The notes under the pieces: model-generated
The model's input: only the letters and a program-made list of their open reading frames with translations
Database searches by the model: none
Told to the model about the DNA's origin: nothing
Position numbers and translations under genes: made by a program
In this document: positions 12,965 to 25,917 of the stretch, piece after piece
How the letters are laid out: each line of letters starts with the position of its first letter
Position numbering within the stretch: position 1 is the first letter of the stretch
From: Octopus sinensis
Lineage: Eukaryota
Reading direction: 5' to 3'
NCBI RefSeq assembly: GCF_006345805.1
Contig: NC_043007.1
Coordinates: 1,798,001 to 1,862,000, forward strand
DNA: 64,000 nt

Positions 12965-13560
12965 GCACATACACATGTACAGAGATATGTGTGACACACA
13001 CACACACACATATATATATACACATAGATACATATGTACAATGCACATGCACACATGTGTGCACACAGACACATGCACACACGTATCACTTTCTTATGCC
13101 TTCAGATTATCCAGCTTGTTATCTAATTTGCTGAATTAATGCCTCAACAGTATTCCTGTAACGATTAAAGAGAACGTGGATTCTTCATTATTTTGAATTG
13201 AATTCCAAGCAGCTTTGCCTAACTCTTATCGTTCATCAAGCATTTTATTTCCAGTCTAACGACTCTGTTCTTGGCAGATGAAAGGCTATGAAAACGATCT
13301 GCATATCCTCTCCATCGCTATTTATCAGTGATACAACTCCTTCCACAAATATTTGTCCAAACTCTTTTTCACAGAATACAAAAGTAATTGTACAAATTGA
13401 TAAAATGTATCAAAAGGTTTTTTGAAAAAGTTTAGGGTTTTTCGTTTTTCTTGTTTTTAATGATAATCTCATGACTGTTAATTCTAAAAGTCTTTGGGGG
13501 ATTTCACATGCAATTCCACAGAAACTAACTGAGTTACAAGTACTGACAGCTTTGTCTTTA

Positions 13561-13735
13561 TTTACATTATTTACATTTCATGAATATTTGTCTCCATCTT
13601 GTTTGTTGCCAACATAATGTTTCAGCTGATATACTCTCCAGCCTTCATCAGGTGCCTTGGGGAAATTTTGAACCTGGGTTCTCATTCTTAAGCTATTTTT
13701 TGACGTTGTTGTTGTTGTTGTTGTTGTTATTAACA

Positions 13736-13787
<52 letters not shown>

Positions 13788-13990
13788 TATTATTATTCAA
13801 GTCACTACCTGGAATCGAACTCGGAATCTTGGGGTTAGTAGCCTGCACTCTTAACCTCTATGCCATATGATGAAGGCTGGAGGGTATATGAGCCAAAGCA
13901 TTGTGTTAACAACAAACAAGATGAGGACAAATATCCGTCAAATGTAAATAATGTACACAATTCCTCATCTCTTAAATATAGAACTGTACT
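13561..13990 (-). mobile_element. tRNA-headed element with Penelope-type minimal hammerhead (full copy on minus, 13561-13868) plus inverted partial copy (plus, 13868-13990)
   Basis: Minus strand reads tRNA-like head, (AAT)n, then GGCAC CTGATGA A GGCTG..CAGCT GAAA. The plus-strand partner begins ATGATGAAGGCTGGAGGGTATAT. Same family as 36042 and 37858. Confidence 0.7.
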
Positions 13991-14074
13991 ATCATCATTT
14001 ATCATCCATGCACCATGTTGGCATGAACTGGATGGTTTGTCAGGATTGAACAGTTCCAAAAAAATGCAGACTGG

Positions 14075-14310
14075 GCATTGTGAGTGTTTATTGAGTGAAA
14101 ATGCCTAAAAGCTCCACGAGGCTCCGGCAGGGTGTGGTGGCGATCCCTGCTGTACTCTTTCGCCACAACTTTCTCTCACTCTTTCTTCTGTTGGCCCCTG
14201 TTCCCTTAACCAGCAGGGTGGCGTCATTTGAAGGCTAAAACAATGTGAAGCGCATTGTGACCAGCGATGTGTAGCAACATCTGATAGCCTGGTCAGTGAC
14301 AGTAATCACA

Positions 14311-14312
<2 letters not shown>
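14075..14312 (+). mobile_element. SINE family B, 5'-truncated
   Basis: Homologous to 10790-11040 and followed by (TA)n. Confidence 0.7.
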
Positions 14313-14345
<33 letters not shown>

Positions 14346-14739
14346 GTGAATTTTAGCCTTCTAATGCCTGATATTTTACGGGGCAATTCTTAGTGTGGTA
14401 TTATTGTGGGGTAGATAAGTGATGGACTTTGTGTTTTTAGTTTCCCTTCGGTGGGTTCAACATTTAAAGTTTTATATACTGTTGTTTAATTCCATGTCAA
14501 TTCTGACTAAGCTAACTTAAGATCAAATACCTTCCAAACCTGGCCATCCAATCCTTTTTATTCTCAAGAGTACTTAGATCATTAGTTTTCCTGTTAGATA
14601 TTGCAGACAGATCTCCATAACTCATACCTTTGTTATTTTTAAAGAATGTCAAGGATATGGGCCACTGACTCACATGTATGCTTCAGTGTAAGTAAACATG
14701 TAATGTATGTACACTACTGCTAACATGCATGTATAAGTA

Positions 14740-14918
14740 GCCACGTAAAAGCACCCACTACACTCTGAGAGTGGTTGGCTTTAGGGAGGGCATCCAGCTG
14801 TAGAAGCATTGCCAGATCAGACTGGAGCCTGGTGCAGCCTCCTGGCTTGCCAGTCCTCAATGAAACCATCCAACCCATGCCAGCATGGAAAGTGGACGTC
14901 AGACGATGATGATGATGA
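14740..14918 (+). mobile_element. RTE-3'-end-related short element
   Basis: Same family motif with (GAT)n tail. Confidence 0.7.
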
Positions 14919-15967
14919 CATATGCAAAAATGTGATATAATTGTGATTGAGGTTGTCTATATTTCTTTTTAGACAAGAAACCTTTGGCATAGTTACTTAA
15001 TCTGCTTGTGCAATGCTCAAATTTCTGTGAATAGTATTTCGGCTTTCATTGAAAAATTAATCAAAACCATATTCCCTGTTTGTCAGTCTCTTCAGTATAA
15101 AAAGCAAAAAAGCTAAGCTCAATAAATATGCTTGCCAATATATTGAATGTGAAAACTAAATGTATATGTTAAGTTTGATTCATGAATATAGATTCTAAAG
15201 CTACAAAAATAATTGTCATATATTACTTTATTTCCATTTTAACTGTCAAAGTTTGGTTCTAGAATTTGGATTCTAGTTTAGCAGATACGAAATCCATTTA
15301 TAAGATATGTACTTGGATTGTGTAATATAATAAGCAGATACAAATACAAAAACCATTTCCTTTCCTGACATGCTAACTAATAATTTGTTTTAAATCTTGA
15401 AATTTATTCCTAACTTTTTTTCTTTTTACTCAGGCTTTGCTGACAAACGCATAGTTTTAGAGCACTATCTATTGTCAAATACAAAGTTAGGTAATATCTC
15501 ATTTTATGGGCGTAAGATTCTATTATTGAAACTGCAGTTAGGTATATGTATATTGGTTATCCTCTTTCATATTAGTCTTTCTTGGTTGGATGTCCTAAGC
15601 TTTTATGAACAGCTGTTGCTAGGTGGATGTGATATTTTCCGAGCTATTTTGGTTGGTAATTTTATGGTACTTGTGGTTAGGTGGGAAGTGGTAATAGTTT
15701 AAGGACAGTTTTAATGATGAGTGTTGTTACTTGTAAAATCTATAATGGATTATATTAGTGTATAAAATTTCATGCACAAGAGTCCAGACCATGGGGTAGA
15801 AAGTAGTGACATAACCAAGGTAACACATAGTGGGGGTCAAACCTGAAACCACATAGTTGTTAAGCAAAAAGCTTGACCATCCAGCCATGGTTATGTTAAT
15901 ATAATGAAAGGGTATCTATACTAAAGTATAGAGTAACCCATTGGATTAATAATTAATATATATATAT

Positions 15968-16380
15968 AGGTGCAGGAATGGCTGTGTGGTAAGTAGCTTG
16001 CTAACCAACCACACGGTTCCGGGTTCAGTCCCACTGCGTGGCATCTTGGGCAAGTGTCTTCCACTATAGTCTCGGGCCGACCAAAACCTCGTGAGTAGAT
16101 TTGGTAGACGGAAACTGAAAGAAGCCCGTCGTATATATGTATATATATATGTGCGTGTATGTTTGTGTGTGTGTGTTTGTCCCCCTAGCATTGCTTGACA
16201 ACCGATGCTGGTGTGTTTACATCCCCGTCACCTAGCGGTTCGGCAAAAGAGACCAATAGAATAAGTACTGGGCTTACAAAGAATAAGTCCCGGGGTCGAG
16301 TTGCTCGACTGAAGGCGGTGCTCCAGCATGGCCGCAGTCAACTGACTGAAACAAGTAAAAGCGTAAAGGAGAGTAAAGAG
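15968..16380 (+). mobile_element. tRNA-headed SINE family C (bipartite, internal microsatellite)
   Basis: Head GCAGGAATGGCTGTGTGGTAAG..GGTTCAGTCCC, an internal TA/TG tract, then a 3' part ..GGCAAAAGAGACC..GGTGCTCCAGCATGGCCGCAGTC..GAAACAAGTAAAAG. Recurs many times in the window. Confidence 0.8.
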
Positions 16381-16525
16381 TATATATATGCATGCGAGTG
16401 CATGTGTGTTTGTAGGTGTGGGTGTGTATATGGCATAGCCAAAGCTTTCCATCATTTCAAAACCAATTTCACAGTCTGCTTCGGTTCAAACCTTAACAGT
16501 AACTAAAAAAAAAAAAATCAAAAAG

Positions 16526-16864
16526 AACAAGAGCACTCATAGAGCGCAAACCTCCGTCAAGGCAACATCAGCGTCATCTCAACAATTAGCCAGACATGAT
16601 TTAAAAAGTTTTTGAAATAAACTCGACTGATCTCACAAACGAGAGTACTAAAAATGAACCTGACTGCTCTCAAAAATTAAGTTAAAATGCAGGAAAGATA
16701 ATTCAAAATTTAAACAGTTGATGCCAGTCACAAGGCCAAACATCCCTGAAAGTTTCATCTGAATCCATCCAGTGGTTCTTGAGATATATCTTGTCCATGG
16801 ACAAACAAACAAACAAATATGACTGAAAACAATACCTCTGCCCTCGTTAAGGTGGAGGTAATAA
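16526..16864 (-). mobile_element. Non-autonomous Helitron/Helentron-like (HINE/DINE-like) element
   Basis: Subterminal inverted motifs CCTCCG/CCTCTG..GGAGG, a (TTTG)n tract and a TTATTACCTCC start on the minus strand. Family assignment rests on recognition only. Confidence 0.5.
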
Positions 16865-17030
16865 GCAAATATAAATGAAAACAAGGAAACTTTAGCTTCA
16901 GGGATACATTGTTACCACCTGCCTGACTTCATTAGCTAATATTCACTAAAACAAGGGAATTGGGAAGTTTTTTTAAATTTTTATTGCACCCACTATGTAC
17001 ACATGAGTGCATACATGTGCCTGTGTTGAT

Positions 17031-17073
<43 letters not shown>

Positions 17074-17270
17074 TAAAAATCCTTAAAATCCTTAAAAATG
17101 CTTCAGCCTGAAAGCTACGGCCATGCTGGGGCACCACCGTTGAAACCTCTGCATAGCAGAGTGTAGTTTCGATCTACGGACCTCTGGGTTATGGGCCCAG
17201 CACACTTCCACTGCGCCACTCCATATTTATATATATATATATATATATATATAGAGATATATATATATAT

Positions 17271-17363
<93 letters not shown>

Positions 17364-19840
17364 AAGAGAGAGAGAGAGGGGGGAGAAAGTGGGGAGAGAG
17401 AATGTTACATGATTTTCTTGACATTTATTTTTACTTAAAAAAAATATCTGCTGTCAAAAATATACGATGAATCACTTCCTTGAAGCTTTACCGATTCTCT
17501 ATAACGTTCCTGTTTTTTTAATTTTTTTTTTTCTGTAGTCCTATGTAATTCCAAAATGGTATCCCAGAGAGTCTGCATTTTCATTTTTGATTTATTTATT
17601 CATTTATTTCCATCTCTTAGATTCTCTCCCAAAAAACTGAAAGAGACACAAAAACCACTCTCATCCAAATATTCTGTTCATCATTTGTTTTGGGTTTGTT
17701 TTTTTTTGTTTTTTTTTGTATTGAATTTTCAGCGTTGAGTTTTACATTCTACCAAGGTATCGTATCGTCCTACCTTATTCAACTATTACACATTTTATAA
17801 AAACCATTCTTGTTATTGTTCACACCCTATACATTCTTATGCATTTGGCATGGATATTAATATTAAATGAACATGTACTTCATATGCATTTAGGTTTAGG
17901 CTGATGGTTAAGGAGGCAAAAAAAAAAGAAATAAGTGCATTTGAAAAAATATATATATAAAATATAAATATTACAAAAATTGTGTAGTTTCAAACATCTT
18001 AGTGTTATATTTTTCCAATCCCCATATTAATGCCTATTGTGTAAAATTGACGCACATATTCCATTGCTCTTATTCAAGAGTATTGTTAATATATATGAAT
18101 CCCCACCCCACCCTAGCCATGTATATATCTGCTATAGAAATATGGGTGTATGTGGTTATGTATGTCTGTTTAGCCCAGAAACGCTCTGAAACAGAGCATC
18201 CGTGAGAAAAATGAATTTGATTTGTGAAATTTGCGTCCCAAAGAAAAGGTTGTCCATAAATAATAATAGAAAAATATAATTTGCTATGAGAAATAACTTT
18301 TACATTGACAATTCTCCAGCTCCCTCTGTCTTTCTCCGCAAATGTATCCCGCAATATATATTTCCCCCACTTTTCGATACTTATTCTCTTTTGTGTGATT
18401 ATGCATTAATTCTCAGGCATTGCTTTCATTTTGTTTACAGCCTCATCTTCTAAAGTTTATTTTCATTTTGTGATAACTATTATGCACAAAGTCTGTTTTT
18501 TGATTGGATAAAAACTTTATCAAACTTTAAACTTCTGTAACATTTTTTCTAAAATTCTTCTGGAATAAATGAACTGCAAGCTCAGAATTGGCGTCAAAAG
18601 GTACGCATCACTATACCAAATTTGAAGCTATTCAATTAATTTGAACATTTCAAAATCTGTCACAGCAACAGAAACGATCTCTCTGTCTCTTTCATATTTT
18701 TGCTTTTCTTAAGGTGAACGCCCTCTCTCCTGATAATTTTTTTTTACCAAACTCTCTCTCACTCTCTATAAAATTCCATTACTCGTGCTGAGTGAGTGAG
18801 TGAGTGAGTGTGTGTGTGTTTGTCAATGTGTGTGTATGCATGTGTGTAACGAGTATCATTAGGGCAACATAATGATCTAAAATAGGTATGTTAATGATAA
18901 TTTATTTTAATAGCATAATTTTTTTCTGTTAGCAAATGTGGTTTTTATTACGTACACACACAACACACATACACAGAGACATGCATGCACATATGCACTC
19001 ACACATACAATTATGCACGCATGGACTTGCTTGATACAGGGTTCGGGAATAAAAATTTCAATTACACTTTTTGTTCCTGTTGTTGTTGTTGCTTGCATCC
19101 CATCAACATAATCATTCCATTTAATGTGTTTATGGGGAGAGGAATGTTGGAAAACATAAATACATGTCAGAGTGACAAAGAAATGCGGAAGGTAGCAGAT
19201 GGTTGTGGGATGTGCTAGAAACAACAGTTAAATCTACCTCAAATCACACATTTTTCGCCTGAAGATTACTTTGAAATTATTAACAGAAACAGATTATAGA
19301 TTCAGACTGTTTCATATCTTACAAATTTGATTAAAGAAATTTTGGAAATAAAAAGCCAAAATTTGAGGATTTATGGAGGGACAGGATTAATGGAAAAATT
19401 AAAAAGATTTCACTATTTTAAGTTACATTTCATTTGTGTTTGGAAATAAAGGAGTGAATTGTGATAGTGATTACCATTTCCCAAATGTTGGGGTTTTTTA
19501 ACCTTCAAGGCTTCCCCCAATGTTCTTCAAGCATGTAATGTCTAAATAATTGGCCCAAATCAGTACTGAGTCAGGGAGGGAGATTTGAAATGATTCATAA
19601 ATTTTCAAAAAGGTTTTTTTTTTTTTTTAATTTTATCTAAAAGGTGCCTCCTATTGTTTGTAAATGCGTAATGCTAAAAATTGGACACAATCGGTCCAGG
19701 AGTGGGATTCATTTATTTTCAAAAACTCTTTTCATAAAGAGCTATCCCCCATCATTTTTAGTGATGTAGTGTCAGGCAAATCTGAAAAATCCTCATCTTC
19801 TATTGTGAAAATTATCTTGCAGAATTGGGATACTCAGCTA

Positions 19841-19895
<55 letters not shown>

Positions 19896-20014
19896 CCTAT
19901 CATTTTAAGGAAATTCATTCCCCCAAAATACTAGGTATTGAACCAGTATTTCCTTGGATGAAACCATCCCTTCACGAGGTTAACACATCCTCTAATCGTA
20001 TTTGAATATATATG

Positions 20015-20058
<44 letters not shown>

Positions 20059-20351
20059 TATGTATACGCATACACACACACATATTTACATATATGTATA
20101 TGTGTGTGTGTAGTTTTTGAAAAATATAGAAACAAAAGGAAAACTGAGAGAAATCTTATGTTGGGCAAAATCTAGTATTTTATGAAATGAAATATTTACA
20201 TTGACAACTGGTTTTGCCTTTGCTAATCATTACTTAGAAGTTAGCAATAATGTTATAACATTTCATGCTATCATAAGAAGTTTTCATCCCATGTTAGTTG
20301 GATGTAAGATGTTTTGTAAATACAACACACACGCGCGTGTGTGTGTGTGTG

Positions 20352-20464
<113 letters not shown>

Positions 20465-21250
20465 TCAGATTTGTACATTCATGCCTTTCTATGAAAATAT
20501 ACTTCTATTCACTTGTATTAAACCTTCACATACACAGGCCCTCTCTTTCACTCACACACACACACATATTACACCTATTATCTCAAACACACTAATTAAT
20601 GTCATACATACGTTCTTAGATATTTTTGAGAATCATTCCCTCTCAATTACTAGTTCAAGTAATTATTATCTTACAAATTGATTATTAATCTAAGACAATG
20701 TTCTATCCAAGATGAATTATAATTTCAAATTATATGTTCTGGTATTTTTTTTTTTTCTTTTTAGTTCTTACACTCAGAAAACCCTTTTCTAAAGCATTGC
20801 GTTGGAATCTAAATGTCACTTTTACCATATCATAATTTGTTCTGCTAATTAGATACAGTAATTTAATTGTTGTATTATAACAGTGGCCATATTGCAGCTC
20901 ACAGGCTGCAAGTGACTCTTAAACCTACTTGTACAATTGCCAACATTGTATTGGCTTTTGTGTGGTTTTCTTTTCTTTCTTTTTTTTCTTCCTTAAGACA
21001 GCCTTAACATTCTACTTCTCAGATCTTAAAGTATTAACTGTTAAAATGAAGATTCCAGAAAACCTATAATGAGCAGAGGTTAATCAATGTTCTTTGGTTA
21101 GTAAAGTTATGCATTGGTTTATTTTCTTCTTTCATCATCATCATCATCGCCGCTGTTGTGTTCACGCCCTCATTTCCATGCTTACATGAGTTTGACAGAA
21201 TTCATCGAGGGCGATATTCTACAACCAGATACTAGTATTGTTACTAGACT

Positions 21251-21560
21251 TCAAATGTTTCTTTCCAGTGACATTTTAATCATGTGTCTGTAACACCAGA
21301 GATGTGACTTCTCAATATGGAGAAATAGGAGCTTGGCATGGAGAGACTCCCTCAGCTCTGAGTTTTGTGCTCTGCTGAGTAAAATTACCTCAGAGAGCCT
21401 TCTGAGGAACACCATTTCAATTGCTCCTATTTGCAATCACATTCTTTTAGTCAGGAATGAACATTCATGATCTTAGGTGAGAATAGGTGCAAAACCCAAA
21501 CTGAAGATAGCAAACTTGGCTCTGTTACCAAGTTTCCCCTTCTGAGGTTCAAATGCTGGT
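21251..21560 (-). pseudogene. Decayed RTE-clade LINE ORF2 C-terminal fragment
   Basis: Translates as AKFAIFSLGFAPILT*DHECSFLTKRM*LQIGAIEMVFLRRLSEV...IEKSHLWCYRHMIKM, matching the RTE post-RT motif LTYGxExW..EMxFLRR..WxGHVxRM. Confidence 0.7.
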
Positions 21561-23288
21561 GCTGGCTCATTACTGTTTTATATTTTGCATTGCCCATACA
21601 GCACTGCCTGTAATTTCCCTTGATTTATCCCTCTGTAGTGGTGTAGGTAGCTACATAGTTGAATGATCTCCCTTGCAGGAAAGATCATAAAGTAATCTCC
21701 CTTATCTTAGTCTATTGAAGCATCTGTGTCATGAGACGTGATTCTTAATTATTCAAGAAGCTTAGCGTTTCTCTTGGAAGTTTCTAGAATGTCTAGTGTT
21801 TCATTAATAAAAACAGCTTGCTAACCCAGCTTTTCACTTCTTAGTCGATTAGACTTAGAGCCTTTCACATCATTGCTATGCCCAGCTATTTCTCTACGCT
21901 ACATGACTGAAAACCACCACTTAGAAGTTATTTCTACATTTCCTATCTCTGAACTTTCTTGCATAGATTACTTCATTCAACTAGTTTCTACAATTTGATT
22001 CCATGTATCATCATCGATAAAAGAAATAAAATATATTTTTATGTAGCAAATGTATAGGTCTTGAATTCATTTTTGCATCTCTCTATGAACTCTTGTAAGA
22101 ACGTACATGCAGCCATATCAATACCTTGCACTGACTATATATTTCCACTACATTAATTGATGACCCTGACGTGATTCGAAAACGCAACCTTCTGATCTAT
22201 CAAATTAAACTCAAATCTCCATTCTAACTCTCAAAATATCCTCAGACCTAACATTTTGACATTAAGTTTTATTTCCTTTCACTTTTCATTCTTTCAAATT
22301 TTTACCTTTTCTCTGTCTGATAAGAAAAAAATTATCAGGCAACTCATAATCTTCAACACTATTTTATGTTTTTTTTTTTTTTTATTTCTTTCTTCAACCA
22401 CTGTCATATCTCAGAATTTGTTTCAGCATGTTTTGTATTTACACTAATTACATTTATTGGATAAAATTTATTCCACCTAATGAAATTATTTTCCTTATTG
22501 TTAATCTTTATTCTATTTACATTCTTTTTTTTCTATTTTTTTTATATGGCTGTCAGTGAGTGTTTTATTTAACCACCGTGAAGACGTAAACATATTTTTA
22601 GTTATGTCAACAAATCACTTATTTGCATCTCAGTGGTCGATGTTGTTATTATCAGAATTGCCAGCATGCTGAGCAAAATGCTGTCAAGCATTTTGCCCAC
22701 CTTTATACTCTGGATTCAGATTCTCTCAAGGTCAGCTTTGCTTTTCATCCTTTCAGGGTCGATGAAATAAATACCAGTGAAACACTGGAGTTGATGTAAT
22801 CGACTAGTCCCCTTCTCCTAAATTCCAGGCCTTCTGCCTTCTGTAGAAAGGGTTGTTATTATTATTATTATTATTATCCTTATTCCGCCAAGGTTGACTT
22901 TGCCTTTCATCCTTTTGGGGTCGATTAAATAAGTACCAGTTACGCACTGAGGTTGATGTAATTGACTTAACCTGTCCTCCAAGCTGGCCTTGTGGCAAAA
23001 TTTGAAATCATTATCATTATTATCATCATCATAATTATTATTATTATAAAGATGGTGAGCTGGCAGAATCATTAACATGCCAAGGAAAATGCTTAGAATC
23101 TGAGTTTGGAAATTCCGCTGAGGTCGGCTTTGCCATTCATCTTCTCGAGGTTGATAAAATGAGTACCAGTTGCACACTGGGGTTGATGTAATCAACTTAT
23201 TTCCCCACCACCACCACCACCACCCACTGCCAAACTCGTTGGCCTTTTATGCCAAAATTTGAAACCATTATTATTATTGTTAACAACC

Positions 23289-23322
<34 letters not shown>

Positions 23323-25324
23323 TAATATTCCTGTCGCAGCTTAGTCACACAACTGCTGGGTACAGTTTATAATTATTATCTATCTAGAGACCCCGTCAGT
23401 GGTTTCCTTTTCAACTTTGTCTTTTTTTTTCTTTTTTTTCAAATGTCCCTTACAGGAGTTGAACTTAACTCTCTGTGAAAATGAAGCCAGCATTAATCAT
23501 ATCATTGCTAATGGAACAAACCAGCAAGGGTATGGATATTGTTCTGTCCTGTATGCAATACAGTTCCGATGACAAGTTCTTGCCTGTCATCCATTCAGCC
23601 TGTACAGCTGACACACACTCACTCTTCTTCGTGATCTCTGAATTGAATTATTGTCATCACATTTTGCATTAAGACTTCAGCAAGATATGAAGGCTTCAAT
23701 AAGCAGCCTCTGATTGAATGGCTGCTGAAATCATTGATTGAAGAAACTGCCTTTTATATTTAAAAAAATTTTTTTTTTTTGCTCGCTTGTATAAGATTTG
23801 AAGATACACACACGTCTGTGTGTGTAGGCATTCATTCATTCATATACATACACACTCATACATATGTATGTATTTATGAATGTGTATGTACTTGTCTGCA
23901 TTCATTGTGCTATTGAGAGGGAATAAAGGAGAATGTCAGTATTTTTATTTTAGTTTAAGAATGTCAATAATTGAGTAAGTTGTTTGGAAAGTTTTTAGGT
24001 GGATTAGGAAGTTATCGACTGGGAAGTTTGTAAATTCAAAAGGAGCATTTGCAATTTCTAGGAATATGTGAAAGTTTGGAAGTTTGAAGAATTAAATTGC
24101 TTTGGATATCTACTCTCTAGTTTGTAAAAAAAAAAGAAAGAAACAATAAAAAATAAAATGAAATCAAACATCATTTCCATTTGGTGCAATACAACTGTTT
24201 GTGAAAGGCTTATCTTCATGCACCAACAATATCGTTGCACCAATACAATAAAACTGAATAAGGAACGAAAAAAAAAAAGCACTTCTATGCATTAGTTTTC
24301 TATTTCTATATACAGAAAAAAACCAAAAAAAAACAAAACAAAAAAAAAGGGGGTACTATCCTGAACCAATTTCAGAATATCTGTGATTAGATTTAGATAA
24401 TAGATGCATATTAATAATTGATAAAGGTTCCCATTGTAGACATATTCAAAAGCTCTGCAGATATCAAGGGACGGCAGAATTTCTTTCAATGATTATCTGA
24501 CATTCCCCAGGTCCCGTGGGATCTAGTTTTGCAGAATCTTTTCCTGCTGTTTGACCAGAAAGATAGTAAGGGTCTTGTACGAGGTTATTGTTAACGAGCA
24601 TCTTCGTTCTCTTGGGCACAGTAACACAGACCTTCATAAGCGGAGCAGATTCTTAAGCCTTGCTGATTATCCAGCTCGTTATCTAATTTGCTGAATTAAC
24701 ATGTCAAGAATATTGCTTTAACTATTAAAGAGAGTTTGTAACTCCTTCGTTATTTTCAATCAAATTCTTGGCATGTTTGCTTAATCGTGGTGTCCGTTGT
24801 ACATTTTATTTCCAAACTAATCAGGCCGTTCTTGGCAAATGAAAGGATACCAGACCCATTACCATGTTCTGTCAGTCATTATCTGTTAGTAATACAAATT
24901 GTTCAATAAATATTTGACCGGTGCTTTATACAATACAGGGAAAGTTATGATAAGAAAATACTTGAATCGGTAAAGAAATTATGAAACAGGATCTCTTCCA
25001 TTTGAGCATTGGGCCTCATGGAGGCAAAGTGGCTGAGTTCCTTTCGAGTGTTAGGCCTTCATGGAGGTAATGAGCAAGGCATCATGTCATGCTTGAGAAG
25101 AAGACCCACCAAACTGAGAAAAATCGCAGTCATGGCAGATACCGGTCTCACACAAATTGGCTGTTCTGTTGACCAGATCAATTGGAACTCTTGTCATCAC
25201 AACCAACGGAGTGGCATAGGAGTAATATGAATACATATATGTATGTATATACATACATACATACATACATACATACGCATGTACGTACGTACGTATGTAT
25301 GTATGCATGTATATGTATATATAT

Positions 25325-25664
25325 TCTTTTATTGGTTTCAGTTATTTGACTGTGGCCATGCTGGAGCATCACCTTTAGTTGAATAAATTGACTTCTGGAT
25401 TTATTCTTTGTAAGCCTAGTACTTATTCTATCGGTCTCTTTTGCCGAACTGCTAGTTACGAGGGTTGGGGATGTGAAGTGGTGGTGGAGGGACAAACAGA
25501 TACACAAACATATATATATGATGGGCTTCTTTCAGCATCCGTCTAACGAATCCACTTGCAAGACTTTGATCTGCCCAAGGCTACAGTAGAAGGCACTTGC
25601 CAAAGGTGCCAAGCAGTGGAACTCAACCCGTAACCAGGTGGTTGGGAAGCAAGCTTCTTACCAC
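25325..25664 (-). mobile_element. SINE family C copy
   Basis: Reverse complement of 15968-16380. Confidence 0.75.
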
Positions 25665-25698
25665 ACACACATATAATATCCATATATCTGTATATACA

Positions 25699-25743
<45 letters not shown>

Positions 25744-25747
<4 letters not shown>

Positions 25748-25831
25748 TAATAGTTATCGCCATACTAATATGGCAGTCTTATAAATATAAATATAAGACT
25801 GCCATATTAGTATGGCAATAACTATTAATTT
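25744..25831. repeat. Near-perfect 40-bp-arm inverted repeat
   Basis: AAATTAATAGTTATCGCCATACTAATATGGCAGTCTTATA, an 8-nt loop, then its reverse complement with 1 mismatch. Confidence 0.92.
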
Positions 25832-25917
25832 CCAGTAACGCTGCCGTAATATCCTTTAGAGAGACTTAGTAATTTTAATATTTCTATTATATATATATAT
25901 ATACATATATACAGTTA

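Noticed and set aside
22160-22200. tRNA-like 3' half on the minus strand (AGATCAGAAGGTTGCGTTTTCGAATCACGTCAGGGTCA)
   Set aside because: No complete cloverleaf; at most a decayed SINE head. The other tRNA-like sequences in the window are also SINE heads, so no tRNA gene is called.
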